NCBI GenBank assembly: GCA_025839675.1
Contig: CP104013.1
Location: 4,020,001 to 4,052,000, forward strand
Direction: 5' to 3'
DNA from: Candidatus Lokiarchaeum ossiferum
GTDB taxonomy: Archaea; Asgardarchaeota; Lokiarchaeia; Sigyniarchaeales; Promethearchaeaceae
Length of the DNA: 32,000 nucleotides
The position numbers and the translations under genes are program-made. Of this stretch, positions 7,748 to 16,610 are shown piece by piece; within the stretch, counting starts at the first letter, position 1, and every line of letters begins with the position of its first letter. The notes below the pieces were generated by a model. That model saw only the letters and a list, made by a program, of their open reading frames with translations, searched no databases and had not been told where the DNA came from.

Positions 7748-9331
7748 TTATATTTTCTTGACTTCTTCAAATAGCTTTTCTGCCGCCGCATTTAATTCTT
7801 CCGCCGCCGCACTCATTTCCTCTAGCGTTGAAGCCATTTCTTCTGTGGAGGAAGATAATTCTTGTGCAGTTCCGGAACTTTGCTCAATAACAACGTTAAT
7901 TTTTTCAACACTTTCGACAATATTGGTGATATCCTTATCTTGTCCAGATACATTGTCGATTGTTTGCTTAATTCCATTATTTGTCAAATTAATTACTTGA
8001 AATAATGCGTCGAGCTGGACTTTGGTTCCGCTTAGAGATGCATCTCCTTTTTCGATCGATCGCACAGTATCGTTAGTTGCGGAAACAGCATCTGAAACTT
8101 CTACTTGGATGGCCTTAATCAGATCATTTATTTGATCTGCGGCTTGTTTTGAATCTTCAGCAAGTTTTCGGACTTGTTCTGCTACGACTGCAAAACCTTT
8201 TCCAGCATCACCTGCGCGGGCCGCTTCTATTGCAGCATTAAGGGCTAAAAGGTTAGTTTCTGTAGCAATACCTGCAATCACTTCCACAATTTTATTAATT
8301 TCCTTGCTCTTGACTTCCAGCGATCCCATGGTTTGGGCGACTTTGTCAGCTCCTTTAGTAATTTCCCCAATTTGAATGACTAAATCATCGGTCAGATCTT
8401 TTCCTTTTTGGGCCATGTTTTGACCATCTTCTCCCTGCTTCGCAAGTTCTGCTGAATCATCAACAATCTTATTACTAATATCTTGAACTTTTAATACTGC
8501 GGTGGATATTTGATTCACAGATTGGGTTTGATGTTGAGCCCCTTTGGCTACTTCTTGTGTGCCTCCAGTGACTTCTTGCACGGATAAATTTATTTGGTTG
8601 CTCGATTCCGCAATCTGAGTGGACATTGAAGAAACTTCTCCCGCAATTTGCTGCACATTTGTCACTAATGTCCTAAGATTTGTGACATCTTGAAATGTTT
8701 CCACACCTCCGACGATTTCATTCCCCACTCCAAAAATCGGTGCGCCCCCAATTTGAATAACCTTGCCTAAAAGACTTAAATCTTGCATGTCCACAACTCC
8801 TTTTGCTTGTTTCGCTTTCATTACAGGACAATTTTCTGTTAAGCAAACTTTTGTTTTAAATTGCTCATGGCATTTTGTTCCGAGTACTGCCTCAGAAAAT
8901 CCGGTTATTTTCGTGAAACGATCATTGATCTGTGTGATTTTAAAATCATTATCTACTGTCATTATTCCAACTGGGAGTCCAGTTACCACATTTCGTTGCT
9001 CCGTCACATCAGCAAAGGTTTCCATTCCTCCTATCACTTGTCCGCGAGCATTCACTAAAGGAGACCCTCCAATTTGAAGTGTTTGATCTCCAATTTTTAA
9101 ATCTTGCACATCAATCGTGTGTTTTTGTTTTTTCGCCATAGCAACAGGGCATTTATCAGTGTTGCAAAATTTGGTTTTGAAGTGATCAAAACATTTTGTT
9201 CCTATAATTTCATCTGAAAAACCCGTGATTTGGGTGAATTTATCATTAATTTCAAAGACTTTAAAGTCATTGTTCACCAACATAATCCCAACAGGAAGAT
9301 CTTGGGCCATTTTTCTTCTATTATATCTCAT
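7748..9331 (-). CDS. Soluble (no TM) methyl-accepting chemotaxis protein with two tandem Cys-containing PAS-like sensor modules
   Basis: The C-terminal signalling domain carries the conserved hairpin-tip motif [37 protein letters not shown]. Two ~102-aa repeats (nt 8993-9298 and 8672-8977) both end in a DVTEQR/DVTNLR PAS-type boundary. I prefer the ATG at 9331 because AAGGAG sits 9 nt upstream. The track start at 9397 would add 22 unlikely residues. Confidence 0.85.
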   Translation of the reverse strand: MRYNRRKMAQDLPVGIMLVNNDFKVFEINDKFTQITGFSDEIIGTKCFDHFKTKFCNTDKCPVAMAKKQKHTIDVQDLKIGDQTLQIGGSPLVNARGQVIGGMETFADVTEQRNVVTGLPVGIMTVDNDFKITQINDRFTKITGFSEAVLGTKCHEQFKTKVCLTENCPVMKAKQAKGVVDMQDLSLLGKVIQIGGAPIFGVGNEIVGGVETFQDVTNLRTLVTNVQQIAGEVSSMSTQIAESSNQINLSVQEVTGGTQEVAKGAQHQTQSVNQISTAVLKVQDISNKIVDDSAELAKQGEDGQNMAQKGKDLTDDLVIQIGEITKGADKVAQTMGSLEVKSKEINKIVEVIAGIATETNLLALNAAIEAARAGDAGKGFAVVAEQVRKLAEDSKQAADQINDLIKAIQVEVSDAVSATNDTVRSIEKGDASLSGTKVQLDALFQVINLTNNGIKQTIDNVSGQDKDITNIVESVEKINVVIEQSSGTAQELSSSTEEMASTLEEMSAAAEELNAAAEKLFEEVKKI

Positions 9332-9656
9332 AAACGAATTCTCCTTTTTCAACGAATAACTATTCAAAGTGAATATACATGTCATGTTTCTTACCATTCA
9401 TTTATAACTAAAGTTTGACAACAATTATTCAAATTAAATACTTTTTTTTCCGAAATACAGCTTTAAATAGGATTGGAATTATTTTTGGGATAATTTCAAA
9501 TTCAAATCGAACAAATTTTGTATGTATTGATAAAACATAGTATCACCTTCCAGTTCAAGAGAATTTTTCTTTAAAATCAAAATATTATCAATGAGTTATG
9601 TCCAACAATGTATAATGAACAAGTTAATTAAGTCGTCTAAATAACCAGTAACAAAT

Positions 9657-10070
9657 ATGATTAAATGTTTGCAGATCTGCGATTCCTTGGGCTTTCCATT
9701 TTTCAACCGCATTTTTGGTAATTTTCCCGAGATGGATGAAACCCTACTGGCAGGGTTAATTTCGGCCATCTCAAGTATTTCCAATCAAATTTTCCATCAA
9801 AAATTAGCGACGATTACCTTCGGGGAAGGGAAGGGCAAATCCAACATTGTTATTGTCCAAAAGGATTTTCTTCAAGAAAAAAAATCCATCTATTTTGTGT
9901 TTTTCATTCAAGGAGAATGTGATATGGTTTTGATAAAGGAAGTCTCGACGGAGATTTTTATTAAATTAAAGAATTCTTTTCGCAATCCCACCAATATTTT
10001 CAATGAGTTAAAAGAAAAAATAAATTTTATTTTAGATACGCGATTTCACAGTCTTACCGTTTGTTTGTAA
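9657..10070 (+). CDS. Small longin/roadblock-like alpha/beta protein (hypothetical)
   Basis: 137-codon ORF. The predicted strand/helix pattern is b-b-a-b-b-b-a: MIKCLQICDSLGFPFFNRIF / DETLLAGLISAISSISNQIF / LATITFGE / SNIVIVQKDF / IYFVFFIQGE / MVLIKEVSTEIFIKLKNSF. The fold assignment comes from this pattern only. Confidence 0.5.
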   Translation: MIKCLQICDSLGFPFFNRIFGNFPEMDETLLAGLISAISSISNQIFHQKLATITFGEGKGKSNIVIVQKDFLQEKKSIYFVFFIQGECDMVLIKEVSTEIFIKLKNSFRNPTNIFNELKEKINFILDTRFHSLTVCL

Positions 10071-10101
10071 ACTTCTGGGATTCCAACTAAATTTTAATTT
10101 T

Positions 10102-10109
10102 CCCCCCCC
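10102..10109 (+). repeat. C8 homopolymer tract between an A/T-rich TATA-like element and the methyltransferase start codon
   Basis: The sequence is ...aaattttaattt-t-cccccccc-ttttcattcttattagc-ATG(10127). Among the non-coding regions I read in this window, the only other G/C homopolymers are the C6 and G6 runs of the tRNA acceptor stem. Confidence 0.6.
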
Positions 10110-10126
10110 TTTTCATTCTTATTAGC

Positions 10127-11164
10127 ATGTCTCAGAAAAATTCTTTACTCTCCTGGAAATCAAAAAATGAATCCTTAAGATTGGCTCTCCGTCCATCAAA
10201 TAAGGAATTTATAGTAGATACATCTCGAACCAATCCTAAGACGAATATGAGATTTCAATTTTTTGAGGGAGATAATTTGGACGTGCTAAAAACCTTACAA
10301 AAAAACAATCAATCATCTGTGAATCTTGCTTTCGTTGATCCCCCCTATAATAGCCGGAACGATTTCATAAAAAACGATTCTCCAACCAAGACACCTTCCT
10401 ATTGGAATAGTGGAGTTTCCCATAAGCGATGGTTAGAAATGATGCATCCTCGGTTAGTGTTGGTTCACGAGTTGTTGCAGGAAGAAAGAGGGTTGCTTAT
10501 TGCAACTATTGATGAAAAAGAATTTCCCTATTTCAAAATTTTATTGGACAACATTTTTGGGGAGAAAAATTTTGTTGGGACTGTTATCTGGAAATCCATG
10601 GAAGGGATAAAAAGTAATGCTTCTTTTACCTTCAATCATACCTATTGTCTGATATATGCCAAGAATTTTGATAAATATAAACAATTTCATTCACAATCCA
10701 AATTTGCTCTCTCCAATACGTATCAACTAAATCGCTTTGAATCCGTTTGGACAGATTTATCTTCCAGCGTGCAAGCCAGAACAGAATTGTTGGAATCCTT
10801 GAATAAGATCATTCCTGAACAGTATTTCCGATTTCTGAATCCAAAACCCCTCGATCTTCTACATCGCATACTTTCTCTATCTGCTCTGCAAGAAAATGAT
10901 TTAGTATTAGATCTTTTTGCTGGTAGTGGGTCACTATTTTGTGCACTTACGCAGTATTCTCACTTGATTCGCAAAGAATTTCGGTATTTTGGGATCCAAT
11001 ACCCTTTAAAAATATCAGAATTGATCAAAAAGCAAAACCCAGAAATTATTTTTGATCCGAAATTAACAGTTTTTGATTTGCTCGTCCAACGAGTGACCTA
11101 TGAACTTGGAAAAAAACATGCTTCAAATCCAAATTTTCCAGCATACATCATTGAAAAGTATTAA
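10127..11164 (+). CDS. Beta-class N6-adenine/N4-cytosine DNA methyltransferase (Type III Mod-like, N6_N4_Mtase family), apparently orphan
   Basis: Catalytic motif IV is LAFVDPPYNS (DPPY at 10337-10348). It precedes AdoMet motif I, VLDLFAGSGS (10916-10933), which is the circular permutation typical of beta-class enzymes. Additional Mod-like blocks are WLEMMHPRLVLVHELLQEERGLLIATIDEKE, IFGEKNFVGTVIW and NPKPLDLLHRIL. Confidence 0.85.
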   Translation: MSQKNSLLSWKSKNESLRLALRPSNKEFIVDTSRTNPKTNMRFQFFEGDNLDVLKTLQKNNQSSVNLAFVDPPYNSRNDFIKNDSPTKTPSYWNSGVSHKRWLEMMHPRLVLVHELLQEERGLLIATIDEKEFPYFKILLDNIFGEKNFVGTVIWKSMEGIKSNASFTFNHTYCLIYAKNFDKYKQFHSQSKFALSNTYQLNRFESVWTDLSSSVQARTELLESLNKIIPEQYFRFLNPKPLDLLHRILSLSALQENDLVLDLFAGSGSLFCALTQYSHLIRKEFRYFGIQYPLKISELIKKQNPEIIFDPKLTVFDLLVQRVTYELGKKHASNPNFPAYIIEKY

Positions 11165-11396
11165 TCAGATCAAGGAAAGTAAAAAAATATAAGGTTGATT
11201 TTATATCATAGAATTTCTACTTATTTGAAGAATTGATCTGAATTCATTTGCCTCATCAAAATTATTGGAGATGGGGATCGGAAATCGAAACCTTTTTATG
11301 AATAATGTTTCTTTATTCATTTAGTATAATATTGTCAAACATATTTATGGAACTCTTCACCAAAATGTACCGAATAAAAAAAATTGGTAGTGTCTT

Positions 11397-11780
11397 ATGG
11401 CTGAAAAATCTAATGAAGCTCCGCTTCTGGTAATAGATGACGACTCATCGATTTTGAGACTGCTTGACAAATTTTTGACTAAGAAAGGGCATAATGTTGT
11501 GGTTGCTTCTAATGCAGAGGATGCTATGGAAATATTGAAGCAAAATCAAAATATTGGTGCCATTTTATCCGATTTAAAAATGCCTGGGAAAGATGGAGAT
11601 GAAATGGTAAAAGATATTCGGGGTATGGGATCTGACATTCCCGTGTATATTATGACTGGATTTCCCGAAAATGATAAAATCAATAGGTTGAATTCTTACG
11701 GTGTGACTGAAATTGTTTTAAAACCCCTCGATTTACAATCCCTGGAAGAAAAACTTTATTTTAAAAAAAATAACGATTAA
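11397..11780 (+). CDS. Single-domain response regulator (CheY-like receiver)
   Basis: Receiver signature residues are present: LLVIDDD, the phospho-acceptor context ILSDLKMPGKDG, IMTGF and LKPLD. There is no output domain. Confidence 0.85.
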   Translation: MAEKSNEAPLLVIDDDSSILRLLDKFLTKKGHNVVVASNAEDAMEILKQNQNIGAILSDLKMPGKDGDEMVKDIRGMGSDIPVYIMTGFPENDKINRLNSYGVTEIVLKPLDLQSLEEKLYFKKNND

Positions 11781-11796
11781 ATTTCATAGATTTCTT

Positions 11797-12366
11797 TCAA
11801 ATCCAAACACATGAATTTTCTAATTTCATAATGGTATCTAAATTTCCAGGTTCATAACAATCCATTCGGAGAATGATCATATCACCATGAGATATTTTCA
11901 GATTCTCGAATATATGTTGAGGTACCAAAGCTTGTCCATACACGTGATCATTTAAAATCTCGTGAATGACCCTTTTTGAGTAAAAATGCCCCGCTTCACT
12001 TAACCAGTTATTTAATTTTAGGTTTGGCATCAAGTGGAATAAGAATTGCTCTTCAAGACGATCTTTCTCGAGTTGACCCGTACTATTCTCGTTCAAAATG
12101 TCTGTTGCAATATAATTTATCCACATTTCGTGGCTTGAAGTAATTGTTTGAATTCTAATTTTTCCTTCTAAAGAGAATTCGGGGGCATTGTAGGAAGTTT
12201 GTGATTCACAGAGATCTTTGCTAATGATCATTCCATCATCATCAAACCCCTCTAACTCATTAACCGTGCAAAATAACCAATTTGGGGTGATATGATGCTG
12301 ATACCAGTTAAAATTATTTGGTGTTGATTGAAAGTAAGATGAGCTGTGCATGATCCTCAATTTCAT
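11797..12366 (-). CDS. Hypothetical protein
   Basis: 189-codon ORF with normal composition. It lies downstream of, and co-directional with, the GNAT gene. I recognise no motif. Confidence 0.5.
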   Translation of the reverse strand: MKLRIMHSSSYFQSTPNNFNWYQHHITPNWLFCTVNELEGFDDDGMIISKDLCESQTSYNAPEFSLEGKIRIQTITSSHEMWINYIATDILNENSTGQLEKDRLEEQFLFHLMPNLKLNNWLSEAGHFYSKRVIHEILNDHVYGQALVPQHIFENLKISHGDMIILRMDCYEPGNLDTIMKLENSCVWI

Positions 12367-12450
12367 CGAAGAAGATCTCCATTAAAAGAAGTCATTTTAG
12401 AAAGATCCCACTTTTTTCCCACAAAAGTTCCAATTTATTTTACTTCAAGT

Positions 12451-13146
12451 TTAAATAAATATTAGGGAATTAGGAACATTTTCTAAAATCATCTGTAATA
12501 CTGCAGAGTAATTTTTAAGTTTATAATGAATAGTATATAATTTAACAATAATAGACTTGACTATCACAGGGGAAAAATCTTCTAAAGATTTTGAAGAAAC
12601 CACTAATAATTTCAGATGCGTAAACACTTCGGGATTTATTTCATATTCGTATTTAACTTCTTTCTCATTTAACGGGGGCAAGAAATAAACAACATTCTGC
12701 AGTACATTCATCCCTACCTGTTGATAGAATTGTATTCGTCGCATTTTTAAGTTTTTCTTTTCTCCATATTCTGGATCTTCAACTTCTGCGACTAATAACA
12801 AATTAGGATCTTGTTCGTTTGAATATTGAACTAAATGCCTCAGAAATGCTGTTCCGATTCCTTTTCCTCGCCATTCCTTTTTCAAAGCGAAGTAATCTAA
12901 AAGTAAAAAGGAAGGATCTTCAAAGATAGCTATTAGAGCAATGGCTATAACTTCATTCTCTTTTCTGCAGTAATAAATTCTTTCTTTAAGTTTTTCAAAT
13001 TTTTTTAATATCGTCCTAAAGGGGATAGTTTCACTCGGGGGAAAAGCTTCTAAATAAATTGCTTCAAGTTGGGAAATATAGGGATCGTCTTCTGTGAGCA
13101 TTTTCTCAATGACATAATTGCCAGTATTACACTCAAATCCCATCAT
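12451..13146 (-). CDS. GNAT family N-acetyltransferase with a C-terminal extension
   Basis: The acetyl-CoA binding motif A is LLLDYFALKKEWRGKGIGTAFLRHL (R-x-x-G-x-G). The beta-strand/helix order is GNAT-like. Confidence 0.75.
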   Translation of the reverse strand: MMGFECNTGNYVIEKMLTEDDPYISQLEAIYLEAFPPSETIPFRTILKKFEKLKERIYYCRKENEVIAIALIAIFEDPSFLLLDYFALKKEWRGKGIGTAFLRHLVQYSNEQDPNLLLVAEVEDPEYGEKKNLKMRRIQFYQQVGMNVLQNVVYFLPPLNEKEVKYEYEINPEVFTHLKLLVVSSKSLEDFSPVIVKSIIVKLYTIHYKLKNYSAVLQMILENVPNSLIFI

Positions 13147-13324
13147 GTTGATAATTATTATTATTTTCGATTAACTTTAAAAGGATCAGTTTCGAAGATT
13201 GATATGATATTTGGAAGATTTTAAAAAATAACTTGAATCCAGTGAGTTATAGGTAATAATTCGGAACCCGTTAATTTACAGACAACTACTTTCACCAATT
13301 AAATCAAATTCCATATCGAGATAG

Positions 13325-13864
13325 GTGAGCAAAATCGGATTAAAATTAGAAAATTTGGATGAAAAAACTCGTCAGCTAATGGATGAAGAGTTTAAGTTGG
13401 ATCAAAAAAATAAAAAATTGTATTTTAGCCCTCGGTTATCTGAAAAGGGGGAGAACATGTATCAAAATCTCTTAGAAAATGCGATTCTCTATGGAAATGA
13501 TACGACATTAGCTACGGAATTAAAAACGGAAGATGCCATAAAAGTAAAAGAAAAACGCATGATGGCGATGGGAGGAGTGATATTGGTCGATGTTCCCAAA
13601 AATGCCAACGAAGCCCTTGCTGAAGGGGAATTTAATCGGTACTATATTCGGGCGATGTGTCGAAAAGCAATAGATACTGGAATTAAAAAACTACAAATTT
13701 ACAATGCTAATCCTGAGCGAGAAACTCCCGCCGAATATAAACGATTAATCGGAAAGCATTTGGATCCTAAGGAATTACTTAACGATCTACGAAATCATAG
13801 TTATGTTGATGGGACTTCCGGAATTCCGGTTCCTCAGACTGGATTGACAGTTAAATTTGGTTGA
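13325..13864 (+). CDS. Hypothetical protein
   Basis: 179-codon ORF from a GTG start. It is charged and helical at the N-terminus. I recognise no motif and the start codon is uncertain. Confidence 0.45.
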   Translation: MSKIGLKLENLDEKTRQLMDEEFKLDQKNKKLYFSPRLSEKGENMYQNLLENAILYGNDTTLATELKTEDAIKVKEKRMMAMGGVILVDVPKNANEALAEGEFNRYYIRAMCRKAIDTGIKKLQIYNANPERETPAEYKRLIGKHLDPKELLNDLRNHSYVDGTSGIPVPQTGLTVKFG

Positions 13865-13962
13865 ACACCGATTTTTTCTTCTTTTATATACTAACTCAAT
13901 TGAAGAAATTCGTAACTTTTCCAAATATTCATTTTCTGCCTTAGATTAAGCTACTTATTAAG

Positions 13963-14850
13963 ATGGATCTTCAGAGCGTATGTTTAACTTGTCTTTTAGG
14001 ACAAGTAGAAAAGGCCTATAAAACGTTACAAATTCCTTATTCCAATAGTGAGATTGTGAATTTACAAAAAAAAATCATGGGGCGCTTGGCCCGAGTTAAT
14101 TCGCTGCTCATGCCCTATTATAGTCAGATAGTTTACCAAACAATAGCAGAAAATATTGGGCAAATAGATCCTTACAAAAAATTGAAGGAGGAGTATAATC
14201 ATCGGGCATTACAATTAATCCCAATATTGAAAAATGAAATTGCAATCTCAGAAGATCCCTTATTAGCAGCTATTAAAATTGCAATTATGGGCAATACAAT
14301 TGATTTTGGAACCCCCCATACAATCGACATTGAAAAAGATGTTGCTGAATTCTCCCTAAATTCTTTAAAAATCAATCATTACAAGGATTTTATTTCAGAT
14401 TTTCAAAAAGCTGAAAAAATTATGATTATCGGAGATAATACTGGGGAGGTGGTATTTGACTTGATTTTAATTGAATTTCTTCATCTTAATTATCCCTCCA
14501 AGTTCATTACGTTCGCAGTACGGGGAGGTCCCGCGATAAATGATGTGACAATCAATGATATCAAAGATCTAGATCTTCAGAACTATTGCACTATTGTAGA
14601 AGGTTCCGCCAGCCCTGGTGTTATAATGGAGCAAACTACCACACAATTTCAACAAGCCTTCAAAGAAGCGGACATTATCCTATCCAAAGGTCAAGGTAAT
14701 TTTGAATCCTTGGATGGGATTCCATTAAATCGTTCGTCATTGTATTTTCTGTTAAAAGCAAAGTGTAATCTCGTTGCTTCAAAGTTCAACGTGCCTGTAG
14801 GTTCTCTAATTTTCTATCACCGAGAACAAATGCCTTTAAAATGGAATTGA
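13963..14850 (+). CDS. DUF89 (ARMT1-like) damage-control phosphatase family protein
   Basis: Family-typical blocks are present: MGNTIDFG, IIGDNTGEVVFDLILIEFL (DN-x-GE..D metal site) and LSKGQGNFESL. Confidence 0.75.
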   Translation: MDLQSVCLTCLLGQVEKAYKTLQIPYSNSEIVNLQKKIMGRLARVNSLLMPYYSQIVYQTIAENIGQIDPYKKLKEEYNHRALQLIPILKNEIAISEDPLLAAIKIAIMGNTIDFGTPHTIDIEKDVAEFSLNSLKINHYKDFISDFQKAEKIMIIGDNTGEVVFDLILIEFLHLNYPSKFITFAVRGGPAINDVTINDIKDLDLQNYCTIVEGSASPGVIMEQTTTQFQQAFKEADIILSKGQGNFESLDGIPLNRSSLYFLLKAKCNLVASKFNVPVGSLIFYHREQMPLKWN

Positions 14851-14884
14851 AGTTGCAGGAAAAAAAACAGAAAAAAAGCACTTC

Positions 14885-16564
14885 TTATTCCATTATTATT
14901 GCTTCATAGGGACGCAATATTATCTTTTGCTCATTATTCTCCGCTTTTACAATTGTTGTAGAAGCAATGATGTTTTTGGAGGCCGTTGGATTACTGAACT
15001 CCACCAAAGTATCTTCAAAATTCAGAAATATATTCACTTCTTCTTTAACATCACTTGTTTTTATCCATCGGGAGAAGCCCAAGACTTGTTTTGGAAGTAA
15101 TTCTGAGGCAATTAGGGTCATTCTTCCGGAGTTTAGTACCGAATATTGCTTTCGAATCTGAAGAAACCGTTTATAACAGTGAAGAATCGAATCGGGATTA
15201 TTATACATGGTTTCAACATTTCGATCTTGATATCCAGAAGACACAGGAAGCCATGGTTTAATGGATGGAGAACAAAATCCTGCATTCTGAGATGGTGTCC
15301 ATTGCATTGGGGTTCGACAATTATCACGATGGATGGCTTCACTTGTAATTTTCTGCAACAATTTTTGTATGACTTTGGGTAATTTTCTAAATCGCGAAAC
15401 AACTGCATCTAAAGAGTCACTAAGGGGTATACTATTCTGCTGAAGACCAATTTCTTCACCATAGTAAATGTAGGGAACTGCTCTAGCGGTTAATTGCAAG
15501 GCTGCATTTAATTTTGCTATTTCTAAATCGTTGTTGAACCGGGAAATTCGCCTCATAATATCATGATTTGAAGAAACCCATGTTGGAATGAATGGATCTG
15601 GATAATATTGATTAAACTTATTGAGAAGCTTTCGTATTGTTTTAGGTTGCAATTTAACTCCTAAGGTTTCAAAGAGGAAAATGGAATTCAATCCTGGATT
15701 GTTTACTTCACCACAATATTTTTTTATAGTGGGCATGGGTCCCTCTACTTCTCCGACTAGAAATCGCGATGGGTTGGAGTATTCGTCTATCAATTTACGC
15801 AGTTCCTGAACAAAGATCATGGTATCGGGATGATGCATCGTCATTTTGGTGGATTTAAATAGAACTCCATCCTCCGATGGTAAGAGATGTCGAGAAAGTG
15901 GATTATTTCGGAACGCTGCATCCTCATAAAGGGAGTCAATGATATCTAATCGAAAGCCATCTGCCCCCTTTTCTAACCAGAATCGCACAGTTCCAAACAT
16001 TTTTGCTTTTACTTCCGGATTTCGATAGTTTAAGTCTGGCTGAAAAGGTAGAAACTGTGCCCAATACCATTGATCGGTATTTTCATCATAATACCATCCA
16101 CTCCCTGTAATTCGCGCTTGCCAATTATTAGGTGGTGCTTTTCCCTTCGGTTTTTTACCATCTTGCCATACATACCAATCCCGTTTAGGATTGTCGCGAC
16201 TTGATTTTGATTCCAAAAACCAGGGATGTTTATCACTCGTGTGATTCAAAACCAAATCCATTATTATTTTCATGCCTCGATCATGAATTTCTTGAATTAA
16301 TTTATCACAATTTGCCATAGTCCCGTATTCTGGTGCAATATCTTTATAATTAGCAATATCATATCCAAAATCTTCTTGGGGACTGGTATAAAAGGGTGAA
16401 AACCAAATCGTTTCTACACCTAAATCTTTGACATAATCTAACTTAGAAATGATGCCTTCGAGATCTCCAATGCCATTTCCAGAACTATCCATAAATGATC
16501 GTGGGTAGATTTGATATACAGTGGTCTTTTTCCACCACAAATCTGTTTCCGGTTGTCGTGTCAT
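14885..16564 (-). CDS. GH13 alpha-glucosidase (oligo-1,6-glucosidase / trehalose-6-P hydrolase-like)
   Basis: The N-terminus is WWKKTTVYQIYPRSFMDSSGNGIGDLEGIISKLDYVKDLGVETIWFSPFY. The conserved GH13 regions are DLVLNHTS, GADGFRLDII (nucleophile Asp), VGEVEG (acid/base Glu) and VSSNHD. Confidence 0.9.
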   Translation of the reverse strand: MTRQPETDLWWKKTTVYQIYPRSFMDSSGNGIGDLEGIISKLDYVKDLGVETIWFSPFYTSPQEDFGYDIANYKDIAPEYGTMANCDKLIQEIHDRGMKIIMDLVLNHTSDKHPWFLESKSSRDNPKRDWYVWQDGKKPKGKAPPNNWQARITGSGWYYDENTDQWYWAQFLPFQPDLNYRNPEVKAKMFGTVRFWLEKGADGFRLDIIDSLYEDAAFRNNPLSRHLLPSEDGVLFKSTKMTMHHPDTMIFVQELRKLIDEYSNPSRFLVGEVEGPMPTIKKYCGEVNNPGLNSIFLFETLGVKLQPKTIRKLLNKFNQYYPDPFIPTWVSSNHDIMRRISRFNNDLEIAKLNAALQLTARAVPYIYYGEEIGLQQNSIPLSDSLDAVVSRFRKLPKVIQKLLQKITSEAIHRDNCRTPMQWTPSQNAGFCSPSIKPWLPVSSGYQDRNVETMYNNPDSILHCYKRFLQIRKQYSVLNSGRMTLIASELLPKQVLGFSRWIKTSDVKEEVNIFLNFEDTLVEFSNPTASKNIIASTTIVKAENNEQKIILRPYEAIIME

Positions 16565-16610
16565 TATTTCCAGTTCGTTTTTAATCGTAAAAAATCTATG
16601 GAAAATGAAT

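Noticed and set aside
6563-9077. Antisense ORFs of 65-118 aa opposite the 171-aa gene, the 177-aa gene and the MCP (6563-6919, 7160-7438, 7758-8000, 8763-9077, 8861-9058).
   Set aside because: Each is fully embedded antisense in a longer ORF with clear family motifs or better coding character. Their sequences are low in complexity or skewed toward S/F/C/L, as expected from reverse-frame translation. None has an SD box.
9591-9656. In-frame 17-codon mini-ORF (MSYVQQCIMNKLIKSSK*) directly upstream of the longin-like gene. It could indicate stop-codon read-through or a disrupted longer gene.
   Set aside because: It is separated from the ATG at 9657 by a TAA stop and 12 nt. The 137-aa product already begins with a plausible first beta-strand. 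There is no evidence of recoding signals.
11298-11320. AT-rich 8-bp hairpin atgaataa-N7-ttattcat between the methyltransferase and the receiver gene.
   Set aside because: It is a short, all-weak-pair stem in AT-rich DNA, with no adjacent T-tract and no conserved context. It is likely chance.
11797-13146. GNAT acetyltransferase plus downstream small protein as a GNAT-type toxin-antitoxin module.
   Set aside because: Known GNAT toxin systems have a small RHH/DUF1778 antitoxin upstream and overlapping a ~170-aa toxin. Here the GNAT is 231 aa, the partner is 189 aa and downstream, there is an 84-nt gap, and no RHH pattern is present.
14967-16236. Short ORFs inside the GH13 gene in other frames or on the other strand (14967-15161, 15055-15261, 15133-15408, 15146-15382, 15621-15809, 16030-16236).
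   Set aside because: The GH13 reading frame is continuous and contains all conserved catalytic regions. The nested ORFs have no motifs and are explained by AT-rich sequence lacking stops.
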